64,000 nucleotides of DNA from the human T2T-CHM13v2.0 reference genome, Homo sapiens. Both the position numbers and the translations under genes were made by a program. The notes beneath the pieces are model-generated. The model saw only the letters and a program-made list of their open reading frames with translations. It was not told the DNA's origin and did not search any database. The DNA is taken from assembly GCF_009914755.1 (NCBI RefSeq), contig NC_060929.1, one strand, 5' to 3'. Positions 14,498-28,135 of this stretch are shown piece by piece (the stretch's first letter is position 1; each line of letters begins with the position of its first letter).

Positions 14498-15034
14498 GTG
14501 GATTTATGTGGATGGTGGCATTCCAGGAAAGGAAATTTTACTTGTTTTCATGTCTTTCTGAGTTTTTTAAACTTATATTTTGAAGCTTTTTTTTTTCTAA
14601 CAACATAATGTATTATATAGTTATATACGCCTCAAGCGTACCCTACAGCTTTTGAAATATCTTAGAGTAGCAGCCCCAAATAATTTGGGGAAACATGGGT
14701 AAACAAGTTTGACCATATTTATTTAAGACATGATTTCTCAGAGACATTAGGATGTTAATGTTTTCAACAGTGTTAGAAAATTAGCAGAGTTTTCCAGCCA
14801 CAGAAACTTCCCCCCTTGCTGCCCCGCCACTGGACACTTGCCAAGAGCTGATGACAAATCAAATGAAAGAATTTCTTGGGTATGTGGCAAAGGAGATATA
14901 TTAGAGAGGAAAGTATAAGGAGGGGTTTATTTTCATTGTCATAAGCTATGTTCTCATTTTGAGCTTTTAAAAGGGTAAACTGCAGATAATTCCTACATCA
15001 AGGGGCTCATTTAAGCAGTTTGAAGTAAATTAAT

Positions 15035-15184
15035 TTTTTTTTCTTTTATTATTATACTTTAAGTTTTAGGGTACATGTGCGCATTGTGCAGGTTAGTTAC
15101 ATATGTATACATGTGCCACGCTGGTGCGCTGCACCCACTAACTCATCATCTAGCATTAGGTATATCTCCCAATGCTATCCCTCC
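15035..15184 (-). mobile_element. Young L1 (L1PA2/3-like) 3'-terminal 150 bp
   Basis: Reverse complement reads GGAGGGATAGCATTGGGAGATATACCTAATGCTAGATGATGAGTTAGTGGG...AACTTAAAGTATAATAA; GAG rather than the L1-Ta ACA at the diagnostic site. Confidence 0.9.
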
Positions 15185-15450
15185 AAAAATATTGTATTGT
15201 TATTGAAGGGAATATCTCTGATTCAAAATTATTTTTTTAGCTGACTTACACATTATGTGTAGGGTATAACATGACCTTCTAGGGATAAATTTATACTGAC
15301 AGTCTTAACTCTTCACAAGTAAATTGCTAAGGGAAAAGGGCCAGCTCTTGATTTCTAAAGGAAATGATCATTTTATAAATTCAAAGGAATTTATAAAAGG
15401 TGAATCACCTTTTTTATGTTATATGCCAGAGATGCAAATACCCTGGCATA

Positions 15451-16206
15451 TAAATATTTGTACATGGCTAGAAAGATCCTCCAGGTGTTTAAGATACTCT
15501 TGGGAAATATATAGTGTACTTTAGCAAGACTTATTAACTCTTTAAGGACTCAAGAGTACATTTTATAAATGTTTGTTTTCTTGCATTAAATCATAACTGA
15601 GTTATCCAAATTATTCCCGGGGAAAAATATAAATTAAAAATAATTTAAAAAGTAAATAAAATAAAATAAAATAAATATAAAAAATAAAAAAGTAAATGAA
15701 CTGTTAAAGATACTGCACTGCATTTTTCAGAGCTAGAGATGAAAATTATAAAGTCATATTTTTCGTTTTCACCCCTCAACAAATTGTTCCTTTTCTGAAA
15801 GCATTGTTTTTCTATTTCTTGGAGAATGGCAGTATTTCTCTGGAAATGTCTGTGTTCAGTTATTATAGCACTATAATTAATATGCTTTATTGGTTGATGT
15901 ATGTGCCATCAGAGAACAATATAATAAAATCACATGGAATGTGAAACAGAATATATTAAGTGAACTTTTTCTGTGCCATAATATGTTCTTCTCATCCTGA
16001 AAATTGAAGAGACTTATATGGGATGTCATATTTTCCCCAGGGAATAATTGGATAACTCAGTTATGATTTAGTGCAAGAAAGCAAACATTTATAAAACATA
16101 CTCTTGAGTCCTTACAGAGTTAATAACGCTTGCTAAAGTACACTATCTATTTCCCAAGAGGAGCCTAAATACCTGGAGGATCTGTCTAGCCATGTAAAAA
16201 TACTTA
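15451..16206. repeat. Long inverted repeat (arms 15451-15630 and 16028-16206)
   Basis: Manual alignment: 15 substitutions plus 3 single-base indels over ~180 nt. Confidence 0.95.
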
Positions 16207-16550
16207 AGCTTAAGCTATACCAACATGTTAATGTATTTTCATTACAATGTGAAGCAGTTTAGTATCATTTAGGCAAGTATGTCCACTCTTGAAGAATTCA
16301 TTAGGCAGCAGCTGAGTTTTCCATAAAGTCTGCCTCCCAAAGTGGCATATTTAGGCTTCATTCTCCATAGAAAATATTAACTGTGAAATTTTATGTGTAA
16401 GCAGTAAATTATCAGGACTACACAGTGGACCAATTTTAGAAATAGCTAATCAAAGACAATCAATTTCCCATTTGGGTGTCAGTATGTGGTGGTGAGATCT
16501 AATAAGGACGGTTGACAGACACTCACTCGCCCAATTTCCTGCTTCAACAG

Positions 16551-16618
16551 AGCGTGTAACCGAAGTGAAGACTGATATCTTCGTCACCAGTTTCGGACCC
16601 GTTTCAGACCATGATATG
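16551..16618 (+). CDS. GABRA1: GABRA1 coding exon 3 ([23 protein letters not shown])
   Basis: Acceptor cttcaacag|, donor ATG|gtaagt; 68 nt; absent from the ORF track, read manually. Confidence 0.97.
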
Positions 16619-18244
16619 GTAAGTGGACACTTTATCTTTGCTTTTCTTGAAGAATTTTTAAAATTTAACTTTTCAAAGAAAAATATAAACTAAGTTCTTA
16701 GGGAGCAACCTGAAAAGTCTTGGCTATACTTTTGTGTCTTTCTGTGTGTAATATGTAATATGTAATATAATATTTATACAATAGAAAAATACTCATTTGC
16801 ATTCCAGATCAGACCTATTTCCATGATTTTCAACCACTGCAGTCATCTTTTTTTAAAAAATATTTTAAATGATTGGTTTGCCTTGGTTAATACCCCACAA
16901 GCCATACAGTATGAGTTATGTTTCATTTTAGTTAGCAGGCCATGTTGATTCAAGGATGCTGTTTTCAGGCAACCAGAACTGTTATAGAATGGCCATAAAC
17001 ATTATGATTTCTAAATTATTTTTGGCTACTAAAAACTAAAAGGAAATGAGTGTAAAAGTTGGCCAGAATTAGACAAAAATACTTAAAACACACCACCAGG
17101 AAACATTCTGCTTCATTGCAAAAAGCATTCATTAAAGTATTATCCAGAGTGGAAATACAATGAATCTATACCTGCTCTTTTTTTCTAGTTCAAATAAATT
17201 AACATGAATTTCTCTTCTGTCTGATGGGAGTTATAGAGCTCTACAGAAATTATATAATATTCCTGAACTAATAACAGCCAAGGTTCTATATAAGCAAAAC
17301 ATCATAAAGTGGTCATGGAAACATACCATTATGAATATTTCAAAGATACATTAATTGAATACTATTTTTGAAATGCCTCATGTTAGCACCAGCTTACTGT
17401 AAAAGTATTTTGATTTCAAAATAGCTCACAGAGGGTCAGAATAAAACTTACAGAAACTATGAATGGCAGAGTAAAAGCCCTGACAAGTTCTGAGGTAAAA
17501 CAAACAAAACTATATTTTATCTGGTGTTTTCACAATTGTATTTGCCCAAGACCTTTTTTGTCATTTGACCCCTGTTTATATTCTGTAGAACTAATATTCT
17601 GTGAAGTGAACGTTGGGAAATTCTGGCCAAGAGGATAATCAGATATTTTAGATTTTAAGACAAGTTTTGAAATATGCCAACTGGACAAAGAAAAATATGT
17701 GGAGTATATAAGAGGTAACAGAGTGGTAACTAAGAATGCAGATTTCTGAACCAGATTGCCTGGTTTATAATGCCAGCTACTTCACATAGAAGGGTATATC
17801 CTTAGGGAAGTTACTTAATATCTCTCCAGATCAGTTTCTTCATGTATAAGGTGGGATTAATAATGCCACTTAACAAATTTTAGCCATTACTAATATGCAA
17901 GAAATATAATATGAAAGTCAATCATACTTGTGAATGTATGCATCTTACGATTTATTTTGTAATTATGGTCAGTCTGTAGACCACTTTATTGAAATAACAT
18001 GTGATACAATGTGTTTTACTAAATTGACAACTCTCTGAGGACTCATGATTCTCTCATGTTGGAACTCAGTCTTCCCACACTATTCTCTCATGGTACTTTT
18101 ATAGTTAAGAATGCTTATTAGGTCCCAGTCATGTTTAAGGTCAAATAAAAACTGTTCTGCCTGTATTCCCATAAATGATTTTGCCACTCTCTGTCACTTG
18201 TTCCCAATATTAACTATTTGTTTTAGTCCTGCTTTCTGCAAGGC

Positions 18245-18480
18245 AGTACAGTGTGGGGGTTAGCAGGGCTGGCTCTGGGATTCAAGCTGGTTGAATCCAA
18301 ATCTCACCATCAGCAGCAGCATGACCTTGAACAAATTGCTTAAGCTTCTAAGGCTCAAAGTCTTTCAAATGTATATATTATTATAGTTGCCTATTCCTTC
18401 AACATTTTTATAAGTTTTAAATGAGATGTGCAAATAAAGTGTCTATCAATAGTGCTCAATAAATGATAGCTATTATTATT
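18245..18480 (+). mobile_element. MIR
   Basis: MIR core (catgaccttgaacaaattgcttaagcttct...aaatgagatgtgcaaataaagtg...tcaataaatgatagctattatt). Confidence 0.65.
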
Positions 18481-21109
18481 TTTACCTCTGAGCTCCTTAT
18501 CATGCCATGCAGACCTCATGGAAATTTCTTCTACTCTTTACCCATCTAAATCAAATACTTCCGCAGAGGCCCAAATCAAGACCCAAACGCTTTATGAAAT
18601 CATTTTTATTAGTCCAATAAAAAATTGACTTTCCGTTTTTGTATTCTAATCACATGTATTGACTATAAAATACCTTTTAGCTTTCGGCCACATATATAGC
18701 ACTGCTTTGTAAACTTATTTCTCTTATTTATAAATAAATATCTTATTTTCTTAAATTGTTGCCAAACCTGTAAAGGCACATGTGTTTCACATCTTTCACA
18801 GTATTAGTTCATTGTTATTTTAGAGTAAATGTTAAATTACTCTTTTCTTGGTGATAGGTTTAGGAGCCTATAATATTAAAAAAAAAATGAGGTCTTGTGG
18901 GACCTAATAAGTTATGCCCTCTTTCTTATCTGTGTTCTGAAACTTTGAGATATAAGACAATAGGGTAGAAGGCATGGGGAATTAAAATGTCATATATATT
19001 GCTAATAATGATGATATTACAGAATGTGACTTATATCTGTAGACAAGTAGATTTGCAGAGATTAGGCACCAGAATCAACCAGATTAACCCACCCAGTCAT
19101 AGGCAGTGTTGACTTTCCTTTGCTGGGGTGTACATTATGCATGTAAAACCTCCAGCATGGAAGAGCACAGGAGAATTTTTCACTCTTATAGGCAGCCAGC
19201 AGCCAAATGGAAAAGACAAGAGAAAAGGACTGAAATAGGTAAAATTGATGTTTTTTTTCCAAATTAACCTATCAGATTAAATCCCCTTCCTTCCTTCTTT
19301 TTTCCCCAGTAGAAGAATTGGGGAATTGGGAGCATACAGAAATTTCCTTTTTCTCATTGATGAAAACATCAAGAGAGGGCATGCAACATTCAAAAACATC
19401 ACACACTGATGGCAATACTCATCTTACTACTTATAATAATGTAAAATTTGCTTAATGGCCATTCTATCTCAGTCTCTGGCACCTGGCATGGTGCTCACAG
19501 AGTCAATGTCCAATAGGAGTTGTTAAAGGACAATGCCCAAATGAAGCCACAGGCGATCAAAAGCCTTTCTCTTTTCTTAAAAAATAGGTGACATGCCTTT
19601 GAGTTATTGCTTCAGATTAATTGTGATTCCATAAACCAATGTTGGAGTTTTTAAATCTTAGAATAGGCTTTTTGATACACCTTCAAACCTGTGATTATAA
19701 TCTACATTTTATATTTTACATTTGGTCAAATATCAGGAATAAGGAACAGCGTGTCCAACCAACAATATTCCCTATTGCCTAAAACCTCTGAACAAGACAA
19801 TGTTTCAATTGCTCTGTCAAATGATCAGATTAGCCATAGGTCTGCCACTGGTTTGCTAGTAGCTGGTAGAAATTGTATCTGACCACCTTGCTTTAGAAGA
19901 TTAATCATTTAAATTACATTATAGGAGAATTGTGTACAAGAAGAAGCAGCATGATTTAGAAGCAATCAAAATTAGAAGGCAGAAAGACAAAGCTATTTTT
20001 CAAAATGGGAAAATTTTGTAGTTTTTAAAGTGAGAACTAATAAATTAATCTACGTTAATAACATAACAAGATTTAATGCTATTGAATGCTTACAACACAT
20101 TAGGCACCATGCTAAATGCTTTCTAGAAATTTCATCTAATCCTTGTGCAAACCTTTTAGCTAAGTATTATTCTTGTCTACATTTCCTGGAGAAGGAAAGT
20201 GACCTGCTAGCTAAGTGTAGCAACTTGAACCCAGGTTATTTAGCCCTAGAGACTCCATAGCTCCCAAGGCATCTGACTTCATCTGGAATAGCAAACAAAA
20301 TTAGGACAATTCTCTAACTTTATTTTAAAAACCATTAATTGGCAATCAAACAGAACATTCCCAGGGCACTAGGTTCTGACAGAAATATCCAGGCAGTACA
20401 ATCACAGAGCCTTGTTTTCCATAGTGCTTAAAATGTATTAAGTCAAAATACACACAGATGGTAATAAATGGCACAGGCAGGAACACTTCAATACAATATT
20501 TATTTAGGAACATAGCGGATGTTTTGTCCCAGATCTTCAGACTAAGACTCACATTCTCCAGGGACCTACACTATTGAACAGAGCAACTCATACTTTTCAC
20601 TTGAGTGGTGGGGGCTGGAGCCTGGAAACTTGAGCAAATTATTTAGGAGAGGTTTACCTTTGTCCAACCTCTCTTCCACGGAGTCCCCTCTTCTGCATTT
20701 TGTTTTTAGTTAACTTGGTTTCGGCCACCTTCTTACTTTCCTTAGATTTCCTTTCCTACAATCCTTCTAAAGAGAAACACATTTTCATGACCAGCTACAT
20801 AAAAACCTAATATAAATTTGTGTTGATAAAATAATAAAATGGGAGACAGATAATAATTTCTAACTTTTACTAACAGCTTCCTATGTTCTAGGCACTCTTA
20901 AAAGATATTCTCACAAGTCTCAACTCACTTCTCACGATTGCAGGGTGAATTATCCCATTTTATAGATTAAGAAACTGGGGACTTAGCAAGCGTAAAATAA
21001 TTACCTAAGGCCACTCAGCAGGTAGGTTCAGAACTTACATCCATAGTCATTATGCTATAGTTCTGCTGCTCGCCTCTCTCTTTTTCTAGCTTCCTTAAGA
21101 AGGGGCTTT

Positions 21110-21503
21110 GGCCAGGCACAGTGGATCACTCCTATAATCCCAGCACTTTGGGAGGCCGAGGCGGGCGGATCACCTGAGGTCAGGAGTTTGAGACCAGCCT
21201 GACCAACATGGCGAAACCCCATCTCTGCTAAAAATACAAAATTAGCCAGGCCTGGTGGCGCATGCCTGTAAATCCCAGCTACTCGGGAGGCTGAGACTGA
21301 GCCAGGAGAATAGCTTGACTCAGGAGGTGGAGGTTGCAGTGAGCTATGACCGCGTTATTGCAGTCCAGCCTGGGCAACAAAGAGTGAAACTCCTTCAGAA
21401 AAAAAAAAAAAGGAAAAAGAAAAAAAGAAAGAAAGAAAGGAAGAAAGAAAGACAGACAGACAGAAAGAAAGAAAGAAAGAAAAAGAAAGAAAAAACAGAA
21501 AAA
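21110..21503 (+). mobile_element. AluS with tail expanded into (GAAA)n/(GACA)n
   Basis: Full dimer GGCCAGGCACAGTGG...GAGTGAAACTCC followed by A/GAAA/GACA repeats. Confidence 0.95.
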
Positions 21504-21773
21504 GAGGGGGTTCTGGCTAATCTTCATCCAGAAGCCCACTCTTGGTCTAATGAACTGTGCCCATGGGGCAAGGTCATCTTATAGGACTAGCTTCTGGGAA
21601 CTACCTGCTGCTACCACAGCAATCACACAGGGAGAGTTCTCAGAAATGGGAGACCAAATATTTACACTGTTGGTTAGGCAGAAACTAATTTTCATCAACT
21701 GCTTTTATTTCATTTTGTATTTCAACTTCTAACAGTGCAGAAAATGGAAATGAAGATTAACCAGCGAGTGTTG

Positions 21774-21776
<3 letters not shown>

Positions 21777-21820
<44 letters not shown>
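21777..21820. repeat. (TG)22 microsatellite
   Basis: Direct read, uninterrupted. Confidence 0.97.
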
Positions 21821-21821
<1 letters not shown>

Positions 21822-23940
21822 CTGGTACAGTATTTGAAGGAAGAATGTCCTAAATGAATTTGGGGATTCCATTGTCTGTCATTAGCACAAATAAAGCTGG
21901 TGACAAACACAATAAACATGTGAACATCAGGATGTTGGCAAGTCTTGACATAATTTTTTGAAATTATTGCCTTTGGGATACATCTTGTCAAAGATTTGGT
22001 AATACATCTAGTTTCAGTTTAGTTTATACTTAACATTTATTTTATTTTCATAAAACCTCTTTGGAGCAAGCAAATAAAATGAACCAAAGGCTCGATTCAT
22101 GGGAACGTGGTCACCTTCAGCATCCTTGGAACTTTGATTTGCAGGTGGCCATTCATTCCTTCTGCTGTTGACCAATCTAAAGTCATTCAGTTGGACAGAA
22201 ACTAGAGCTTATATGGCTAAGACCTGAGTAACAGAAAATTTCGTCACATATTATATCCCTACCTCACAAGCTTGTCTGTCATCCAGAGAGGAAAACCTGC
22301 ACATCCTGAGGTAGATCCATCCACCCAGTTTTCCTGACAGGCATTGGCACATTGTATCACTTGCTGATATCATCCACAGTCTCCCTTCCCATGGAAAATA
22401 CTATTCTATGCCCATCGTACACCTTCATGAGTTTTTCTTACAGTGCCCAAGCTTAAACAGTCCCTCCTTTGCTGAATTTATTAGGTGCTTAAGAGATATT
22501 TGTTGGTGAGTAAATTCCCTTTATGTATCTATCACAGTGCCTTTCATCTGACACTTCCAGACACAAAATCCTAACCAGGAAACAAGGTAACTTGTCTTGT
22601 CTACAAAGACAGTCTGTCACCGGATTACACCTCCTTGTTTCTATCTCAGTAAGCAATTAGTACTATATCTGGTGCATTATAATACATTTAATAATAATTG
22701 TTAGTTACTTGATCAGTAAGGGCTCAGTAATGCCAAACATGTGCCAGAGAACACACCTTCATTCAGCCTTCACCCAGTATTGCTTAAGCCCTTGGAAGGA
22801 GACATGTAGTTAAGTTCGTACACGAAACTCCTAAACACATACATTTTATTTTGTAGGTCCTAATAACGATATGTTTAACATTTAAAAAACACAACTGCCT
22901 TGTGATGTAAAAGGGCTTAAAGGATTAGGAAAATGTAGTATGATGTTTTCAAGTTAGTTCTCTTTCTGGTTTGGAGTATACTTAGATTAACGGAGAATGT
23001 GGTAATCTCTATTTCAAACCATTGAGCTCCAAATTTAGTGCCAGTGTGGCAAATACTGCAAGAAAGATGGATATTACCCTTTTCAATTTTAGGAGCTGGT
23101 AAGTCACATTGCTTGTTTTCAGATTAGCAGATGTTTGTCTCTGGGTATTGCCATAAGGAATGCTGTGTTTATTCAAATAAATAGATTCCCTGGCTGTGAA
23201 TGATGATGAGCTTCAAACATTTCTCATGTGGCTTATACACATGTACAATCACAAACACATACTCACACACACCGACATACTCTGCATTCTTATTTTTGTT
23301 CTTTTTCTTTTTGAAAAGGATTCAAATTACCAGTAGAAGCAGTTTCTTTGTTTTCACAATCTTCTTTAATGTGTAGGATAATTGAAAGTCTATATACATT
23401 ATCTGTGAAAAAAATGTTTATTTCGCCAAAAAAAGATGGAATTTTTACATCCATATTGGAATCACAATTTACTTGGGTGTGGGCATGAGGTTTTCAGAGA
23501 CAATGAGAGGGCCCCCAAAACACTAGGCTTTATCTTTATGGCTGGAATTGTCTAATTTAAACATTTTTTTCCTGTGCATAATACCCTCTAACATGAGTTT
23601 GTTTTAAAATTGTGATATATTCTATTTCTTCTAGTGCTGCTGTGATAGGGTGGAGGTGGGGTGTTACTTTCCTTTTACATATCTGAGCAGATAATTGGAA
23701 AAATTTTTCTGACCAAAAAATATGTCAGGCATTTTAGATATTTTTTTTAAAAAATCATTACACCAACCAGTGATTCTCCTGACATCAACATGTACATGCT
23801 ATCACACGTTTACTTCTAAAAACATCACCTAGCTAACATTATACTTCCAAAGTTGCAAAAATTATGCACTGTCTGCGTTAGATATTTGCATTGCAAAATA
23901 CAGCACAGTGAACTCTTCGTCATTTTCCAAAATTACCTAG

Positions 23941-24162
<222 letters not shown>

Positions 24163-24312
24163 TAAGGATGGCTGCACTGCCATTCATGAATGTTTCTGTA
24201 CTTCATTCCCTTCCACTTGTAGGCAATCATCAGGCTGATGAGCCATGGTGGAATATTTGCTTCCTTGTTTTTCAACCTTAACAATCTTAAAAATCTCTCC
24301 AACCTGTTCTAA

Positions 24313-26111
24313 TTCCCTCAGTCAAGGATGAAGTATTATTTATGCAAATGTTTATTTGCTTACATCTAGTTTTATTCTTAAATAATTTTCTGTAGCTAGG
24401 TGGATTCAATATAAGGAACTTCCTCTCCCTACTATAAAACTCATATATTCCTTCATTCCAGTAAGACCTAAATTTCTAGAAGCCATCTAATGATCTACAT
24501 CTGAAAACATTCCTACTAAAAATGAAGTAATAAAAAACAAAAAATATGGAAAGTTACAAAATTCATAAAACACAGATTCATGTAGACATAGGTATTTTAA
24601 GAAGTATTTGAATTCACAATGGCGTTGATAGCTAGACGAGAATATAGATACTATTAATTTTGCTCAAACTAAAGACTACGTATACATTTCTGTTTTATAA
24701 ACATTTCCCTCTCTTTAAGATTGCTGTAAAGCTTAGCATCTATTAAGTGTTGAATACCTTATGACTGAATGAAGGAAACATGAATCAAATAAAGTTTTGA
24801 ATTTTATATAGAAAAAAAGAGATGTTTAAAAGTATTCCTCATTTATGAGAAATTAAGAATTGTCTGGAACTCATTCTTGAGAGCAGCAGTAATTTATTCC
24901 CAGATGACTTGTTAGATACGAGTTTTTTACATTTGGTCAATACACAGTAATTCAGATTTTTCAATTATTTCTTTGGTACAAAAAGGTAATAAAGGTAAAA
25001 TCCTAAATTTATGGATTGTATGCAAGTACAGTAATATTTTGCCTTTGGAGAAAGCTGCCAGAATGCCTAGCTTTTCAAATGCAAACATCCAAAAGAAAAG
25101 AAAAGAAAAAATTCTTCAAGAGACACTTTGGATATTGAGCCAACTAATTAAAATGTATTAGGACTTAAAAAAATCTAAAAGATAGAAATAGAGGACCAAT
25201 GGACACATGTGTTGAGAACTTTCTAGATTATCTAAGCAGGACCTATTCGTAATTGAAATTTGAAATATTCCCCCCTGATGAAACACCATACACTTGGCTT
25301 TGAGCCTAAATCCAGTACTCATTCCTCTTAGATGGCAATTTTCTGAGGAGAGACTTGCATATCCTAAGTGGTTTATTGATTAATGGTTTCTGATGTATAC
25401 AGTGTTCTTCATCTGTATCTTTCATCTCCTAAAATTTTCCTTTGCTAATGTGTTTTTACTTTCTTTAATAATTTAATTTAAGAATGCAATTTAATCATAA
25501 ATTTATACTTTGTATATTTGCTTTAGTTGGTATTCTAATCATTTAATGATTGACTATAAATCTATCTTACTACGTTTCTTGAGCTACTTAATAATATGGG
25601 TAAATATGCTTGCTAAAAATCATATGAAGGACATGAATATCAATTTCCTTATAATTCTACAAACTGAAAGCAAATATATTTCAGTGAACTTCTTTCTTAG
25701 CAATCCAAAAAAAAACAAAACAAAACAAGAATAGATTTCACATCCACAGAACATCCCAGGGACTAGAGAGAAGCACAGCAGAGTCCTAGCTTCAATTAGA
25801 TGGTGGGTTTGTAAATAAAACGAAATGGTTTGCAAGTAGTGAGATCATGTATGGAGATGTTGTATTAATCTTAATCTCACAAAGCCTGAGGACACATCCC
25901 CCTTCAGCTTTTCCTACCTTCTTCTATGCATTTGGTGCTATTTTAGAGAAAGAAGCAGAGAGAGATGCACTTAGAACAGGAGAAATTCTCTTCTCTTCCA
26001 TGCTATCCATGTCTTCCTCTCAAGCAAGGATAAAGTAGTATTTACGCAAGTGTTTATTTGCTTACATCTAGTGTTATTCTCAAACCATTTGCTATAGCTG
26101 AGTGGATTAAT
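24313..26111 (+). repeat. Dispersed direct repeat of ~97 bp (24313-24410 and 26014-26111)
   Basis: Shared core TGTTTATTTGCTTACATCTAGT; about 80-85% identity by eye. Confidence 0.9.
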
Positions 26112-26383
26112 TAATGGTCGTTTTGGAAAATATTAACAAGGCTTGCCCATTGTACAATATCAGGGGTTGCCTTGTTTCTTAAAGCAAACAAACAAAAGGA
26201 TAGAATCCACTCATTATTGTAAATATGTATTTTTAGATCATTTGATTATTAACAGCTCAGCATAACCCTGCAATTATGCCTTCTTTGTTAATATATTTGC
26301 TACAGTTAATAACATTCCACTTGTACTTATCAAGAAGTATCTAATCTATATGGCTCTTGTTTGTATTCTATGTTTCCCTTAAG

Positions 26384-26466
26384 GCTGACAGTGAGAGCTG
26401 AATGTCCGATGCATTTGGAGGACTTCCCTATGGATGCCCATGCTTGCCCACTAAAATTTGGAAGTT
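26384..26466 (+). CDS. GABRA1: GABRA1 coding exon 5 (Cys-loop: [27 protein letters not shown])
   Basis: Acceptor cccttaag|, donor T|gtgagt; 83 nt; C-x13-C signature. Confidence 0.98.
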
Positions 26467-27702
26467 GTGAGTAAATTTATATGGACTTTTCTTGATTGTA
26501 AGTCATTAAGCAAGAGATCTCTAGCTATATCTGTGAGAAAAACGCGTAGATAAGGGAATCAAGAAAATTTAAACAGCAATATACCACATGGACTTTCCAT
26601 AAGTAGTGCTCTGTGACTTCACTTTTTAATGTTGCTTCAAGAGAGAGCTTATTCTTTATCTACTGAACTAGAAAGCATGGATTAAACTAGTTATTGAAAT
26701 AATTCTATTTATGCTGAATTTGTATTTATAGAAAAAGAAGTGAAGTATGGATGCTTCTACCTCATGGATAATATTTTCCTCTCAATTAATGGAGATCATT
26801 GTGTCTATTTTATATCTTTACTGACACTTGTTTGATCTTAAAAATAATTAAATTCGTTTACCAGATTAAAGTGTTGGTAAATGGCAAAGGACAGTAAGTG
26901 TTTCTTAATAATGAAGCCTACACCAAACTGATGTTGCAAAAAACACAAATACCCTAATCATAGTCTTAGAAAATTAGCTGATATGTGTGTGTATCTCATG
27001 GCATTCATATATATATATATATATTAGTGCTCTTGAAAGTATCCTGGATAAATGCCCTTCATAATAACTTCCTGGGTTTCAGCTGTTTGAAAATATTCAG
27101 AAACACCTTGGAGCAGCCAAGAGAAAAATGACTGTGAGAGTCAGGTTCTCCGGTCTTTTCTTTACCCTTCTGCTTTCAACTGGTTTACATGCATGGAGTG
27201 AGTGGGAATAATGTATTCTTGGTTTCCTGCAGGGGAGTTATGTACAAGGACTGAGTCAACTCCTGGACTACCTAACCGATTTTCTGTTCTCACTAGACAG
27301 GCAGTCTAAATGACTATTTTGGTGAAGATATGATTCATAGAAAAATAACAGTGGTAGTGTAGGAAGACAGAAAGTAAAGAAAATAGCAAAAGGCCTTCGG
27401 GCTCCTAGCAGCATCAGTCCTGGAGAGAGAATTTTATTTATAAATCCCATTTTGTACTGAAACTCGAAGATAAACTGCTTCAAAAACTCTAGGTTAAACA
27501 GACATTTGGTGATAACTCCCTTCTCCCTGCTTTTTTCCCAATTTAATATACATTCCTTAATATGAACGATTATGTTTTCTCCTGAATAACAGATCCATTT
27601 GTAATAATGACAATATGTGCTACATGTTACTTGCATGTCAGATAGTACATTAAATATTTGTATATTTATAAGTTCATCTAAATCACAACCTAATCTTACA
27701 GT

Positions 27703-28135
27703 TAGGAAGATCATACGCCGTAGTTTGCCTGGGACAGTATCGGTTTATGCCTAATATACTGGTATACTTTTTTTAAGAGACAAGGTCTTGCTCTGTTGCC
27801 ATGGCTGGAGTCCAGTGGCACAATCATGGCTCACTGCAGGCTTGACCCCCTGGGCTCAGGCAATTGTTCTGCTTTAGGCTTTTGAGTACCCAGGACTACA
27901 TACATGTGCCACCACGCCTGGCTGATTTGTAACTTTTTTGTATGGTTGTGGTATAGACAGGGTCTAGCTATGTTGCCCAGTCTGTCTCACACTCCTGGTC
28001 TCAAGTAAACCTTCCACCTTGGCCTCCCTAATTTTTGGGATTACAGGCATAAGCCACAGTGCCCAGCCTGGTATAAATACTAATAATTCCCCCTTTTATC
28101 TTAAAAAATCCTAATTTGGAAAATGAACTGCATAT
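27703..28135 (-). mobile_element. MER81-like hAT MITE split by an AluJ
   Basis: agtttgcctgggacagtatcggtttatgcct before the Alu and taataattcccccttttatc...tttggaaaatgaac after it resemble the two halves of MER81. Confidence 0.6.
27768..28068 (-). mobile_element. AluJ (antisense)
   Basis: Diverged full-length Alu; TGGTATA on both flanks. Confidence 0.92.

Noticed and set aside
22116-22133. REST/RE1-like motif (TTCAGCATCCTTGGAAC)
   Set aside because: Only the left half partly matches; the right half and spacing deviate from TTCAGCACCnnGGACAG.
27268-27714. 148-aa minus-strand ORF
   Set aside because: No recognisable domain; starts inside a MITE remnant; consistent with chance.
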